Shown in pieces: positions 15,255 to 24,521 of a DNA stretch of 25,743 bases. Source of the stretch: Trueperaceae bacterium (GTDB lineage: Bacteria > Deinococcota > Deinococci > Deinococcales > Trueperaceae); NCBI GenBank assembly GCA_035703635.1, contig DASSXV010000053.1, positions 1 to 25,743 of the forward strand. Reading direction: 5' to 3'. The notes under the pieces were generated by a model that saw nothing but the letters and a program-made list of their open reading frames with translations, had not been told where the DNA came from and did not search any database. The number at the start of each line of letters is the position of its first letter. The stretch's first letter is position 1. Both the position numbers and the translations under genes were made by a program.

Positions 15255-16748
15255 ATGAAGATTCGGATAGTTCCTCGCGTGTTGGTAGCTGCTGCGGCCG
15301 CGCTCGCCATCGGCGCGACAGCCTCGGCGCAAACCCTAACCATGGCCATGAGCGCCCAGCCAGACACCCTCGACCCACAGGTAACTTCCGCCACTGCCGC
15401 TTTCCAGGTCGGCAAGTCCATCTACGACGGCCTCGTCGAAGTCGACCAGAGCGGCCGGATCGTCCCGGCCCTCGCCAAGTCGTACTCCATCAGCGCGGAC
15501 GGCCTCGCGTACACCTTCGAACTGAACGACGCCACATTCCATGACGGCACGGCGTTCGACTCTGCAGACGTCGTCGCTACCCTAGGGCGCATCTCGGCGG
15601 AGGCCACCGCCTCACCGAAGGCCAGCGAGTTCACCAACATCACCTCCGTCGTGCCAAACGGCGACCACGCCGTCACCGTCAACCTCGCCAAGCCAACCCC
15701 AGCGCTGCTCGCCTCCCTCGCCTCCGGTTGGGGTGCGATGCTCCCAAGCGAGAAGCTCGCTGAGGGTCACGACTTCGGCAACGAACCAGTCGGCACCGGG
15801 CCCTTCAAGCTGGCGTCGTGGGTACGTGACAACGCCATAACCCTCAGCCGCAACGCCGACTACTACCAGGGCGCGCCAGCGCTCGAGCAGGTAGTCATCC
15901 GCTTCGTTAGCGACTCTGCCGTCCAGTACCAAGGTCTATCGACCGGTGAGTTCGACATCATCGACACCGTCCCGCAAGCGCAGCAAGCGGCAGTCGAATC
16001 CAACCCGGCGCTCGCGCTCGTCCGCGAACCCTCCGGCCTGGTGCTCGTGGCCGGCATCAACGCCCGCCTGCCATACCTGAACGACGCCCGCGTGCGTCGC
16101 GCTCTCAACATGGCCGTCGACACCGAGATCGTCCTCGAGGTCGCGTACGGCGGCGGAACTCAGGTCGGCACGTTCATGGAAGCCGGCAGCCCGTGGTACC
16201 CGGAGTCCGTCACGCCGTTCGCTTTCGACCCTGAGAAGGCCAAGGCCCTCCTGAAGGACGCTGGCGTTCCCTCCGACTTCACGATCAAGCTCGTCCTCCC
16301 GCAGCCTTACCCGCAGCACATCCAGGCCGGCCAGATCGTGCAGGACTTCCTTCGTGACGTCGGCGTCAACGCCGAGATCTCCATCGTCGAGTGGGGCGTC
16401 TGGCTCTCGGAGGTCTACGGCGGCCCGCACGACTTCGGCATGACGGTTGTCGGGCACACCGGCAAACTCGACCCTTCAGGGCGCCTTACCGGCCTCGGTA
16501 CCGACCGCAACTACACCGGTGTCGTCGACGACGAGGTCGCCAACTGGATCGCTACGGCCAACATCACCTCCGACCCAGCCATGCGTCACTCGCTCTACTC
16601 GCAGGCCCTCATCCGCATCCACGACGACGCGCCGTTCATCTTCTTCGGCACGCCCGACCGGGTTTACGGCAAGAAGGCAGGCGTGGTCGGCTTCTGGATG
16701 ACGCCGCTCCTCGACTCGTTCGACTTCCGCGCCGCGCACTTCGAGTGA
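15255..16748 (+). CDS. ABC transporter substrate-binding protein, family 5 (DppA/OppA-like)
   Basis: GGAGG SD; signal peptide ASA|Q; TLDP, IYDGLV, PALAKSY, FHDGT, PVGTGPF, VRRAL. Confidence 0.93.
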   Translation: MKIRIVPRVLVAAAAALAIGATASAQTLTMAMSAQPDTLDPQVTSATAAFQVGKSIYDGLVEVDQSGRIVPALAKSYSISADGLAYTFELNDATFHDGTAFDSADVVATLGRISAEATASPKASEFTNITSVVPNGDHAVTVNLAKPTPALLASLASGWGAMLPSEKLAEGHDFGNEPVGTGPFKLASWVRDNAITLSRNADYYQGAPALEQVVIRFVSDSAVQYQGLSTGEFDIIDTVPQAQQAAVESNPALALVREPSGLVLVAGINARLPYLNDARVRRALNMAVDTEIVLEVAYGGGTQVGTFMEAGSPWYPESVTPFAFDPEKAKALLKDAGVPSDFTIKLVLPQPYPQHIQAGQIVQDFLRDVGVNAEISIVEWGVWLSEVYGGPHDFGMTVVGHTGKLDPSGRLTGLGTDRNYTGVVDDEVANWIATANITSDPAMRHSLYSQALIRIHDDAPFIFFGTPDRVYGKKAGVVGFWMTPLLDSFDFRAAHFE

Positions 16749-16792
16749 CCGTGGGTGGCGGTAACCGCCGCCGCACCTGAACGAGCTACTAA

Positions 16793-16828
16793 CACGGGTG
16801 GGGCCAGCCGCTAGGCGCCCCACCCGTG
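16793..16828 (+). terminator. Intercistronic stem-loop after the SBP gene (attenuating or mRNA-stabilising)
   Basis: CACGGGTGGGGC ... GCCCCACCCGTG is a perfect 12-bp inverted repeat; a second hairpin lies at 16751-16776. No U-tract follows. Confidence 0.55.
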
Positions 16829-16885
16829 ACGCTTACTACCTCCCCCACCGCAGAGCGCAGGCGCGGGTTGACCGAACGGGAAGTC

Positions 16886-17824
16886 GTGTCAAGGTATCTA
16901 CTGATCCAAACCGTATCTTTCGTAATCACGCTATGGGCGGTGCTCACGCTCGTGTTCCTCGCCATGCGCGCCCTTCCTGGCGACGCCGCCACCATCATGG
17001 GCGGCCTAGACGCTAGCGCCTCACAAGTAAGCGCCATGCGTGCACAGCTTGGGTTGGACCGCTCCCTGCCCGCGCAGTACATCACCTACCTTAGCGACGT
17101 CGCGCAAGGCGACCTCGGCGCTTCCCTACGCGAACGCCGCCCCGTAGTGCGCGTGCTCGTCGACCGCATGCCCGTCACCCTGACGGTGGCCAGCATGGCG
17201 TTCGTCATCTCCCTAGTCTTGGGTTTAGGGCTTGGCCTGCTCGCCGGCCTGCGGCCGGGCGGGACTTTCGACCGCGTGGCCCTCCTCTTCACTACCGTGG
17301 CGCTTGCTCTGCCAGAGTTCTGGTTCGGGTTCCTGCTCATATTGCTCTTCGCAGTGCAGCTAGGTTGGTTCCCCGTGCTTGGCCTACCGCCGCAGGGGCT
17401 AACTCTCGCCGCCAGCTGGCACCTGCTGTTACCGGCGGTCACACTCGCCATCCCGCGGGCAGCGCAGGTAGCGCGGCTGGCGCGGGCCAGGGTGTTGGAA
17501 GAACGCAGCTCCGATTACGTGCGCACCGCCCGCAGTAAAGGCCTGCGGCCTTGGGCGGTGGCGAAGCACATCGCCAGCAACTCCCTGCCGGGCACCATCC
17601 CGCTGCTAGCGTTAGAGCTCGGTGGCCTGTTGACGGGCACCATCGTCGTCGAGCAGGTGTTCGGCCTTCCCGGCCTGGGCGCCACGATCCTCGGCGCCAT
17701 CGGGGCGCGCGACTATCCAGTCGTGCAGGGCGTAACCATCCTCGCGGTGACCGTCTACGTGCTCGTCAACTGGCTGGCGGACATCATGCAGGTCGTCACG
17801 GACCCACGCTTGAGGGTCTCGTGA
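16886..17824 (+). CDS. ABC transporter permease (DppB/OppB-like)
   Basis: LPGDAA, LGLDRSLPAQY, GDLGAS, DYVRTARSKG, VEQVFGLPGLG, RDYPVVQG, DPR. GTG 16886 is preferred over the ORF-track start 16826, which overlaps the hairpin. Confidence 0.92.
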   Translation: MSRYLLIQTVSFVITLWAVLTLVFLAMRALPGDAATIMGGLDASASQVSAMRAQLGLDRSLPAQYITYLSDVAQGDLGASLRERRPVVRVLVDRMPVTLTVASMAFVISLVLGLGLGLLAGLRPGGTFDRVALLFTTVALALPEFWFGFLLILLFAVQLGWFPVLGLPPQGLTLAASWHLLLPAVTLAIPRAAQVARLARARVLEERSSDYVRTARSKGLRPWAVAKHIASNSLPGTIPLLALELGGLLTGTIVVEQVFGLPGLGATILGAIGARDYPVVQGVTILAVTVYVLVNWLADIMQVVTDPRLRVS

Positions 17825-18615
17825 ACCGCGCCCGCTTCGGCACCGTTCTCTTCGTCATCATCGCGCTCGCGGCCGTCTTCGCACCGCAACTTAGCGGCTA
17901 CGATCCGATCAAGCCCGACTACCGCGCCAGGTACGCCCCGCCCAGCACGACTCACCCTCTCGGCACGGACGGCCTCGGCCGCGACGTGCTAGCGCGGTCG
18001 CTCGCTGGTGGCCGCGTGTCGCTGGTCGTCGCGCTGTCCGCCACGCTCCTGACCCTCACGCTTGGCGGCGTACTCGGCGTAGTGGCAGCGGGCCTCGGCG
18101 GCGTGACTGACACGGTGCTCTCGCGCGTGTTCGATGCCCTGCTGGCGTTCCCCGGCTTCCTGCTCATCCTGCTGGTCGTGGCGAGCCTAGGCGGTGGCAC
18201 GTTGCAAACCATCATGGCCATGGGGGTGGCCGGCTCACCCGTGTTCTTCCGGCTGGCGCGGTCGTTCACGCGTAACGAGATGAAGGCGGAGTACGTCACG
18301 GCGGCGGGCGCCCTCGGCGCTACGCGCGGTCGTCAGCTCATGCGCCACGCCGTACCCAACTTCCTCGGGAGCATGGTCGTGCAGGTCGCTAGCACCGCCG
18401 CCGCTTTCCTGCTGGTCGAGGCGTCCTTATCGTTCCTCGGCCTTGGCGTGCCGCTGCCAACCCCAAGTTGGGGTAACGTGCTGCAAGACGCACGCTCGTT
18501 CCTCACGACGCAACCGTGGGCGGCGGTAGGACCGGGCGTCTTCCTGGCTAGTGCCTCCCTGTCATTCCAGTTCATGTCTGACGGCATGCGCGACATGCTC
18601 GACCGCCGTTCGTAA
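17821..18615 (+). CDS. ABC transporter permease (DppC/OppC-like)
   Basis: GTGA overlap with the upstream permease; HPLGTDGLGRDV, EYVTAAGALG, EASLSFLGLG, PSWG, DGMRD. Confidence 0.92.
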   Translation: MNRARFGTVLFVIIALAAVFAPQLSGYDPIKPDYRARYAPPSTTHPLGTDGLGRDVLARSLAGGRVSLVVALSATLLTLTLGGVLGVVAAGLGGVTDTVLSRVFDALLAFPGFLLILLVVASLGGGTLQTIMAMGVAGSPVFFRLARSFTRNEMKAEYVTAAGALGATRGRQLMRHAVPNFLGSMVVQVASTAAAFLLVEASLSFLGLGVPLPTPSWGNVLQDARSFLTTQPWAAVGPGVFLASASLSFQFMSDGMRDMLDRRS

Positions 18616-18623
18616 CGAGGCCG

Positions 18624-18629
18624 TATGAT
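18624..18629 (+). promoter_or_regulatory. -10 box of a leaderless transcript
   Basis: TATGAT, then 7 nt, then ATG 18637 with no SD directly before it. This is the typical Deinococcota leaderless arrangement. Confidence 0.55.
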
Positions 18630-18636
18630 TGCCAGC

Positions 18637-18960
18637 ATGTGGATCCACTCGCTTGATGACCGCGTGCTCAACTCTGCCCTCTTCGAGAGCCTCGAGATAA
18701 TCGAGTCGTTCCCGGAGGACACCGACCCCGAGCAGGTCGAAGCCGAACTCGTCGAGCCAGAGTTCTTCGAGATCGTCGCAGTCATGTCATCTGGCGACGA
18801 GGCGCTCCTCCACCATTGCGAGGACGCCGACGAGGCCTACCTCGTATACGACCTGTTGGCTGCCACGTTAGCGCGGGGCACGTACCGCGACGGCAGTTCC
18901 ATCCTGGAGCCGACTTCGGTTCATCTCCTGCTCGAACGCGAGCGTCAATCACACAACTGA
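18637..18960 (+). CDS. Small acidic hypothetical protein (107 aa)
   Basis: Coding-like codon use; fills the gap between the permease and selD. Start is ATG 18637 (leaderless) or ATG 18625. Confidence 0.75.
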   Translation: MWIHSLDDRVLNSALFESLEIIESFPEDTDPEQVEAELVEPEFFEIVAVMSSGDEALLHHCEDADEAYLVYDLLAATLARGTYRDGSSILEPTSVHLLLERERQSHN

Positions 18961-18971
18961 CCTGGCGAGAG

Positions 18972-20036
18972 TCAGGCCAGGCGCAGGGGCGGAAGCACGC
19001 CCAGTTCTTCGACGACCCCGATGCGGGTCGTGCGCGGGAAGCGCGGCGTCAAGTGCGCCGTCACGGCCTCCGCAGTTTCCCCGTCTACCACCAGCAGCAA
19101 GCCGCCGCTCGTCTGAGGGTCGACTAACGTCAACCAGGTGACGGGGTCGAGGGCCGCGCGGCCCGTCACGGACGATGCCACGTAACGCTCGTTGCTCGCG
19201 TGCGCTCTGGTCAGGTTGCCGGCAGCGAGCGCTTCCCTGGCGCCAGGTAACGTCGGCACACTCTCCGGCCGCAAGCGCAACCCAACACCAGAGGCGTTCG
19301 CCACGTGCAGCGCGTGACCTAACAGCCCGAAACCCGTCACGTCCGTAGCAGCGTGCACCGCGGCGTGCAACTCGTCAGGCAGGTCGTGGCGGTTGATCTG
19401 GCGCATCGAGGCGGTCGCGCTGCGCAAGTCGGCTGGCGCGATCTCGCCTGACTTCAGCGCGGCCGAGAGCGTGCCAGTGCCGATGGCCTTCGTGAGGATC
19501 ACGACGTCGCCAACGCGGGCGCCGGCGTTCGTCCACAGGCGTTCAGGGTGCGCTAAGCCGGCAACGCTGAAGCCGAACTTGAGGGTGTCGTCCTCGATTG
19601 AGTGACCGCCAACCAGCAGCGCCCCTGCCTCGGTGATGACCTCGCTGGCGCCAGCCATGAGCTCAGTTAGGACATCGTTGTCGAGCACGCCAAGCGGATA
19701 GGCGAGGATGGTCAGCGCGCTGATGGGTCGACCGCCCATGGCGAACACGTCCGAGAGCGCGTTGGCGGCGGCGACGGCCCCGAAATCGCGCGGGTCATCG
19801 AGGATGGGAGTGAAGAAGTCGAGGGTCTGGATGAGCGCCTGTTCCGGGTTGAGGCGCAAGACGGCCGCATCATCGAGGTGCTCTGTGCCGACGAGCAGGT
19901 CGGGGTGCGTTACCTTCGGCAGCCCGCGCACGAGCTCGGAGAGCGTGCCTGCCGCGATCTTAGCGGCACAGCCGCCCTTCTTGACCGTGCTGGTCAGGCG
20001 CACTGGCGCCCCTCCTACCGCTTTTCCGTCAGCCAC
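18972..20036 (-). CDS. selD: Selenide, water dikinase (selenophosphate synthetase), Cys-type
   Basis: LT...GGCAAK (Cys codon TGT), DDAAV, TLDFFTPI, ANALSDVFAMGG, GGHSI, LTKAIGTG, TDVTGFGLLGH, DPQTSGGLL. Confidence 0.96.
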   Translation of the reverse strand: MADGKAVGGAPVRLTSTVKKGGCAAKIAAGTLSELVRGLPKVTHPDLLVGTEHLDDAAVLRLNPEQALIQTLDFFTPILDDPRDFGAVAAANALSDVFAMGGRPISALTILAYPLGVLDNDVLTELMAGASEVITEAGALLVGGHSIEDDTLKFGFSVAGLAHPERLWTNAGARVGDVVILTKAIGTGTLSAALKSGEIAPADLRSATASMRQINRHDLPDELHAAVHAATDVTGFGLLGHALHVANASGVGLRLRPESVPTLPGAREALAAGNLTRAHASNERYVASSVTGRAALDPVTWLTLVDPQTSGGLLLVVDGETAEAVTAHLTPRFPRTTRIGVVEELGVLPPLRLA

Positions 20037-21094
20037 GCAACGACCGCCTCCTCATCACCGGCGAACACGACCGGGCGCGCCAGTTTATCCAATGAGCGGC
20101 GGTACAGCGGGTCGTAGTGCTCGCGCAGCAGCGTCGCTATCCAGTCGAGGTGAGCAGCTTCGTCCACCCACGCTGCGGCGGTGCTCGCTAGCTCCGACAC
20201 CCTTGACGTCAGCTTCGCGGTCAGCGCGCCCCCTAAGCGGCGCTTGAGGTGCCCGATCGACGCCTGCAGATCCTCAGCCACCGCCTGGCGCCCCGCCGCG
20301 GCGGTGGCGCAGGCGACGTACTCGCGGTGGATGGCGGTAGCGCGTGCCTCGAGGGTAGTTTCGAGCACGACGAGCGGCGCCACTTGCATGGCGTCATACA
20401 GGGGGTCCGGCACGGTCCGCTTGCCTACGTAACGCGACTCGTCCTCGACCACGAGCTTCGTGGCCCGGCTCAGGACGAGTTCGGCCGCGAGGGCGTTCTC
20501 GAACGTTTGCTGGCTTGGCTGAGGCTCCGCCACGTGCCCGAAGGCGCTGCCGCGGTGCCGGGCGAGGCCCTCAAGGTCGACGGCCTGGAGGTCGCCGCCC
20601 CTACCGTCGTCCAGTCGCCGAAGCAGCCTCGTCTTACCCGAACCCGTGAGGCCGGCGAGCACCACCAAGCTCTTGCCCTCCACTGCTGGCGCTAGGGAGG
20701 CCAGCAAGTGTGCACGCAGCGCCCGGTAGCCGCCAGTCACTTGCATGGCGTTCGGCCGGTCGATGAACTCGACGACGAGCTTGCTCCGCTCGCCGCCGCG
20801 CCAGCACGCCACCGCGGTGGGCCGCGCGTCGCCGTCCACCGCTGCGCGCCACGCTTGCACCCTACGGAGGCGGTTGGGTTCGAGGAGTCGATGACCGAGT
20901 GCCGTTGCTGCGGCCTGCCCAGCTTCCGCGTAGCGCAGGCCGACTAGGTGCCGCTCCTCGTCGGTGAGCAGCGGGAGCGCCACCGCGCCAGGGAGGGCGC
21001 CGCTGGCGACCTCGACCGGCGCCCTCACGTCGATCAGTTGGTAAGGCGCCCTCCCACCACCACTCGGGTAGATGTCGGAGGGCGTCAGGTTCAT
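20015..21094 (-). CDS. mnmH: tRNA 2-selenouridine synthase (SelU/YbbB)
   Basis: Rhodanese motifs DVRAPVE and CWRGGERS; P-loop GLTGSGKT; DLEGLARHRGSAFG, QPSQQTFEN, EDES, YDPLY. Overlaps selD by 22 nt. Confidence 0.94.
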   Translation of the reverse strand: MNLTPSDIYPSGGGRAPYQLIDVRAPVEVASGALPGAVALPLLTDEERHLVGLRYAEAGQAAATALGHRLLEPNRLRRVQAWRAAVDGDARPTAVACWRGGERSKLVVEFIDRPNAMQVTGGYRALRAHLLASLAPAVEGKSLVVLAGLTGSGKTRLLRRLDDGRGGDLQAVDLEGLARHRGSAFGHVAEPQPSQQTFENALAAELVLSRATKLVVEDESRYVGKRTVPDPLYDAMQVAPLVVLETTLEARATAIHREYVACATAAAGRQAVAEDLQASIGHLKRRLGGALTAKLTSRVSELASTAAAWVDEAAHLDWIATLLREHYDPLYRRSLDKLARPVVFAGDEEAVVAWLTEKR

Positions 21095-21101
21095 GAGCGC
21101 C

Positions 21102-21107
21102 AGGATA
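21102..21107 (-). promoter_or_regulatory. -10 box of a leaderless mnmH-selD transcript
   Basis: Minus strand TATCCT, then 7 nt, then ATG 21094; no SD. Confidence 0.55.
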
Positions 21108-21147
21108 TCCGCCTAACCGGCGCGCTGGCCGCTTGGCGCTACCAGGC

Positions 21148-22359
21148 TCAAGCGTCGAGGGTGAGGCTCCGCAGGTCGCGGGGGTAGTTCGTGAGGAACT
21201 CGATGCCGCTTTCGGTGACGAGCACGGTGTCCGAGTGCCTGAAGCCACCCAGTCCGGGTACGTAAAGGCCGGGTTCCACGCTCAGGATGGTGCCAGGCAA
21301 GAGCACGCCGTCGTAACCCCGGTCGAGGAAGGGGCTCTCGTGGATGCGCTGGCCGAGCCCATGCCCAACGTGGTGACGCCAGTGATCCCAGAGCCCGTGC
21401 TCGTCGACGTAAGCGCGCATGGCGAGGTCGACGGAGGCCGCGCTCGCGCCCGGCTTGATCGCGGCGAAGCAGATGTCCTGCAGCGCCAGCATGTGCCCGA
21501 AGAAGAGCTTCTGTTCCTGGCTTGGCTCGCCTAGGAACATGGTGCGTTCGAGCTCGCTAAGGTAACCCCATACGTCTGCGCCAGCGCCGGTCACGAGCGT
21601 GTCGCCGCGCTGGAAGACGGCGTTGCTGGCAAGCGCGTGAGGCAGAGCGCTAGCCGCGCCGATCTGGCCGCGGTAGATGGCGAGCGCCCCGCGGATCCAC
21701 TTGTTGCGCTGACGGTAGTCGGGCCCCAGTTCGGTCGCCAACGCGCGGCTAGCGGCGCCGCAGGCGGCGGCAACAACGTCGTCCTCACGCAACCCGACCT
21801 TCGTGCCGTCTTGCAGCAGGCGGTGCGCGTACGCACCCCAGCGGGCGCTCTCACGCACGAGCGCCACCTCATGCTCCGACTTGCTTGCCATCTGCGCGTC
21901 GAGCTGCACGGTGACGCCCACTACCGGCACGCTCGTGATCCCACTGAGGGGCAAAGGCACGTAACCCATGACTGGCGGATAGCCATCGTGGTCGACTCCG
22001 AGACCATGGCGTCCGATGCCTTGCGCGGCTAGTTCCTCGAGCAGGAGCCTTAGCGGGTGGGTCTCACCCGGGTACTCCGGGTAGTCGGCTACGCGTTCGA
22101 CGTCGGCCAACGCCTGCGCGTGTTCGCGCTCGAGGCGCGGCACGAACAGCGTGCGCTCGCCATCCGGGCTGATGATGAGCGCTATCGGCCTTTCGGTCGG
22201 CGAGAAGACGAAGCCAGTGAAGTACTGGATGTACTGGTCGTCGAAGAGCACGAGGGCGTCGACGTTGCCGCCAATGCGGTCGAATGCCGCCCGCGCCCTG
22301 GTAGCGCGTTCCGAGCGGGTGATGGGGCTCAACGCCCCACCACCGACGGGGGCGTTCAA
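21148..22359 (-). CDS. M24 (pita-bread fold) aminopeptidase P/creatinase-family hydrolase
   Basis: Creatinase_N-like YFTGF; KSEHE, SALPH, GYLSELERT, GHGLG..IHESP, SVEPGLY, GGFRHSDT. The TTG start overlaps the upstream TGA. Confidence 0.88.
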   Translation of the reverse strand: MNAPVGGGALSPITRSERATRARAAFDRIGGNVDALVLFDDQYIQYFTGFVFSPTERPIALIISPDGERTLFVPRLEREHAQALADVERVADYPEYPGETHPLRLLLEELAAQGIGRHGLGVDHDGYPPVMGYVPLPLSGITSVPVVGVTVQLDAQMASKSEHEVALVRESARWGAYAHRLLQDGTKVGLREDDVVAAACGAASRALATELGPDYRQRNKWIRGALAIYRGQIGAASALPHALASNAVFQRGDTLVTGAGADVWGYLSELERTMFLGEPSQEQKLFFGHMLALQDICFAAIKPGASAASVDLAMRAYVDEHGLWDHWRHHVGHGLGQRIHESPFLDRGYDGVLLPGTILSVEPGLYVPGLGGFRHSDTVLVTESGIEFLTNYPRDLRSLTLDA

Positions 22360-23255
22360 GCAAGCACCCTGCGCTCCAGGAACTCCCTAACGGCCTTGTG
22401 CCACGCTTCGCGTTCCTCGTTCTGCGGGCCATGGCCGCTGTTCTCGAAGATCACGAGCTCTGAGTCGGGCAGCAGGGCGTGCAGCTCCTCGCTGGCAGGC
22501 AGCGGGGTGATCCAGTCGTGGCGCCCGACCGTTATCAGCACTGGCGCGGCTAGCTCCCCTAGGAGCGGCCTCAGGTCGAACGTGGTCTGGTTGTGAGCGA
22601 ACGCGTAGTTGTGCGTCGCGTAGTGGAGCTGCATGGCGGCGACCTGCCTTGCGTCCCGCTCGGCGTCGTAGGTCGTCGTGTAGAGCGGCATGATCATGGT
22701 GATAAGCGCGCGGAAGTCGTCGTCTGACGTGGTGTGGCCAGCGAACAGTCGCTCTAGGCCGGGCACGTCCATCGGGTAAGGACTCTCCAGGGCCATGCGC
22801 ATGGCTTCGCCCTTGTGCCCCGAGTGCGCTGCCGTGTCGCGCAGGACGACGGCGGTCACGTGCTGCGGGTAGCGCAGGGCGTACTCCTGGGCGAGGTAGC
22901 CGCCGTACGATCCGCCAGCTATCACGATCTTGTCGCCTAGGTCGAGCGCCTTGCGCACGGCGTCCGTGTCCGCCGCGAACTGCGCGTGCGTGTAAGGCGG
23001 GGTGTCTGAGCTGGCGCCGGAGCCGCGCTGGTCGTAACTGACGACCCTGAAGCGGTCGGTGAACGCGGCGTACACGTCCCAGTCGTTACGCCTGCTGCCC
23101 ATGCCAGGCGCGCCGTGCAGCGTGATGATGGCCGGCTTGGTGTGCGCCTGAGGGTCGGTGCGTCCGCTGTCGTCGACCTCCAGTAGCGCGCCGTTAACTT
23201 CCAGCGTGAAGGTCGTTGCCGTCGCCTCGGCCTTGCCGGTGCCTGGAGCGCTCAC
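22356..23255 (-). CDS. Alpha/beta hydrolase, proline-iminopeptidase-like
   Basis: LHGAPG, YDQRGSGAS, nucleophile elbow GGSYGG, GRHDW (acid), SGH (His). GTGA overlap with the upstream gene. Confidence 0.88.
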   Translation of the reverse strand: MSAPGTGKAEATATTFTLEVNGALLEVDDSGRTDPQAHTKPAIITLHGAPGMGSRRNDWDVYAAFTDRFRVVSYDQRGSGASSDTPPYTHAQFAADTDAVRKALDLGDKIVIAGGSYGGYLAQEYALRYPQHVTAVVLRDTAAHSGHKGEAMRMALESPYPMDVPGLERLFAGHTTSDDDFRALITMIMPLYTTTYDAERDARQVAAMQLHYATHNYAFAHNQTTFDLRPLLGELAAPVLITVGRHDWITPLPASEELHALLPDSELVIFENSGHGPQNEEREAWHKAVREFLERRVLA

Positions 23256-24454
23256 TTGGCCCAGACTTCCTTCAGTACGCGCATGACGTTGCCGCCGACG
23301 GCCTTGCCGATGTCGTCGTCGCTGTAGCCGTGCTTGACGAGCCAGCGCACGATGTTGGGGAACGCCTCGGCCGGGCTCTCGAGCCCGTCGACGAACTCGA
23401 CCTTGGGGTACTCGAGGCCACCGCGTGACGCGCCGATGCTAAGGGCGTCGGTGAGGGTCGTGTGCAGGCCGACGTGATCGCCGAACAGCACGTCTGGGCC
23501 GAAGGCGACGTGGTCGATGCCGACGAGGTCGACACAGTACTCGAAGTGCTCCATGAACGACTCGATGGTGTGGCGCGGGTGCTTGCTCGTGATGGTCGTG
23601 TGCGGCGCCGCCTCGATGCCGATGACGCCGCCCTTCGCCGCGCACGCCTTGATGATGTCGTCTGGCTTGAGCCTGCGCGAGTTCCATAACGCCCTGGCGC
23701 CCGCGTGGGTGATGAAGATCGGTTTGCTGCTCACCTCGATGGTGTCCATCGAGGTCTGGTCGCCAGAGTGGCTGATGTCGATAGCGAGGCCGAGCTTGTT
23801 CATGCGCTCAACGGCCTTGCGACCGAACGTCGTCAGCCCGCCGTCGCGTGGCTCCTTCAGACCGCCACCGAGCGCGTTTCCTTCGCTGTAAGCGATGCCG
23901 ATGCTGCGCACGCCGAGGCCGTAGAGGACGTCTAGGCGGTCGAGCTCGTTCTCGATCATCGCCGCGCCCTCGAGGCTGACGATGAACGCGATCCTGCCCT
24001 CTGCCTTGGCTTGGACGATCTGCTCGGTCGTGGTGCAGAGGACCACCATGTCTTGGTGAGCGATGTCGGAGAGACGCAGACCCAAGTCGGTGATGACGTC
24101 GTCCCACTTCCAGCCGCCACGCGAGTGGATCATGGCGGTGCCGTTCATGAGGTTGTCGAACACGGCGTCAAGGCCGCTGATCGCGAGGCCCTCGTAACCA
24201 GTGAAATCGCGGCCCCAGCGGCGAAACTCGAAGAACTGGCTGAGGTCCTTCGGTGCGATGAAGCAGTGGTCGTGCAGCGAGATCATCAGCTTCTCGCCGA
24301 AGAGGCGCTTGACGCGCTCCTCCTGCTCGGGCGTCACCGCGACCTTGTTGGATGCGACGCGGTTGAGTACGGGCGCGAGCTCGAACTCCTTGTAGTCGAC
24401 TCCTGCCTCGAGGAACTGGAAAGACTTGTAACCGTCGTAACGCTTGTCTTGCAT
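23252..24454 (-). CDS. Membrane (renal) dipeptidase family M19 protein
   Basis: SLHDH, SLEG, GLTTFGRKAVERMNKLG, DISH, ITHAG, GIDHVAFGPD, GGNVMRV. AAGGGAG SD precedes ATG 24454. Confidence 0.9.
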   Translation of the reverse strand: MQDKRYDGYKSFQFLEAGVDYKEFELAPVLNRVASNKVAVTPEQEERVKRLFGEKLMISLHDHCFIAPKDLSQFFEFRRWGRDFTGYEGLAISGLDAVFDNLMNGTAMIHSRGGWKWDDVITDLGLRLSDIAHQDMVVLCTTTEQIVQAKAEGRIAFIVSLEGAAMIENELDRLDVLYGLGVRSIGIAYSEGNALGGGLKEPRDGGLTTFGRKAVERMNKLGLAIDISHSGDQTSMDTIEVSSKPIFITHAGARALWNSRRLKPDDIIKACAAKGGVIGIEAAPHTTITSKHPRHTIESFMEHFEYCVDLVGIDHVAFGPDVLFGDHVGLHTTLTDALSIGASRGGLEYPKVEFVDGLESPAEAFPNIVRWLVKHGYSDDDIGKAVGGNVMRVLKEVWAK

Positions 24455-24521
24455 TGTTACTCCCTTCATAGGGTGTGCTGAGGCGCTTGATCCCCGGCCA
24501 CGCGCGTGGATGCGTTCCCCG

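Noticed and set aside
19955-19985. Possible selenocysteine in SelD or UGA read-through elsewhere
   Set aside because: The active-site codon is TGT (Cys), and no gene in the window needs an in-frame UGA to be complete.
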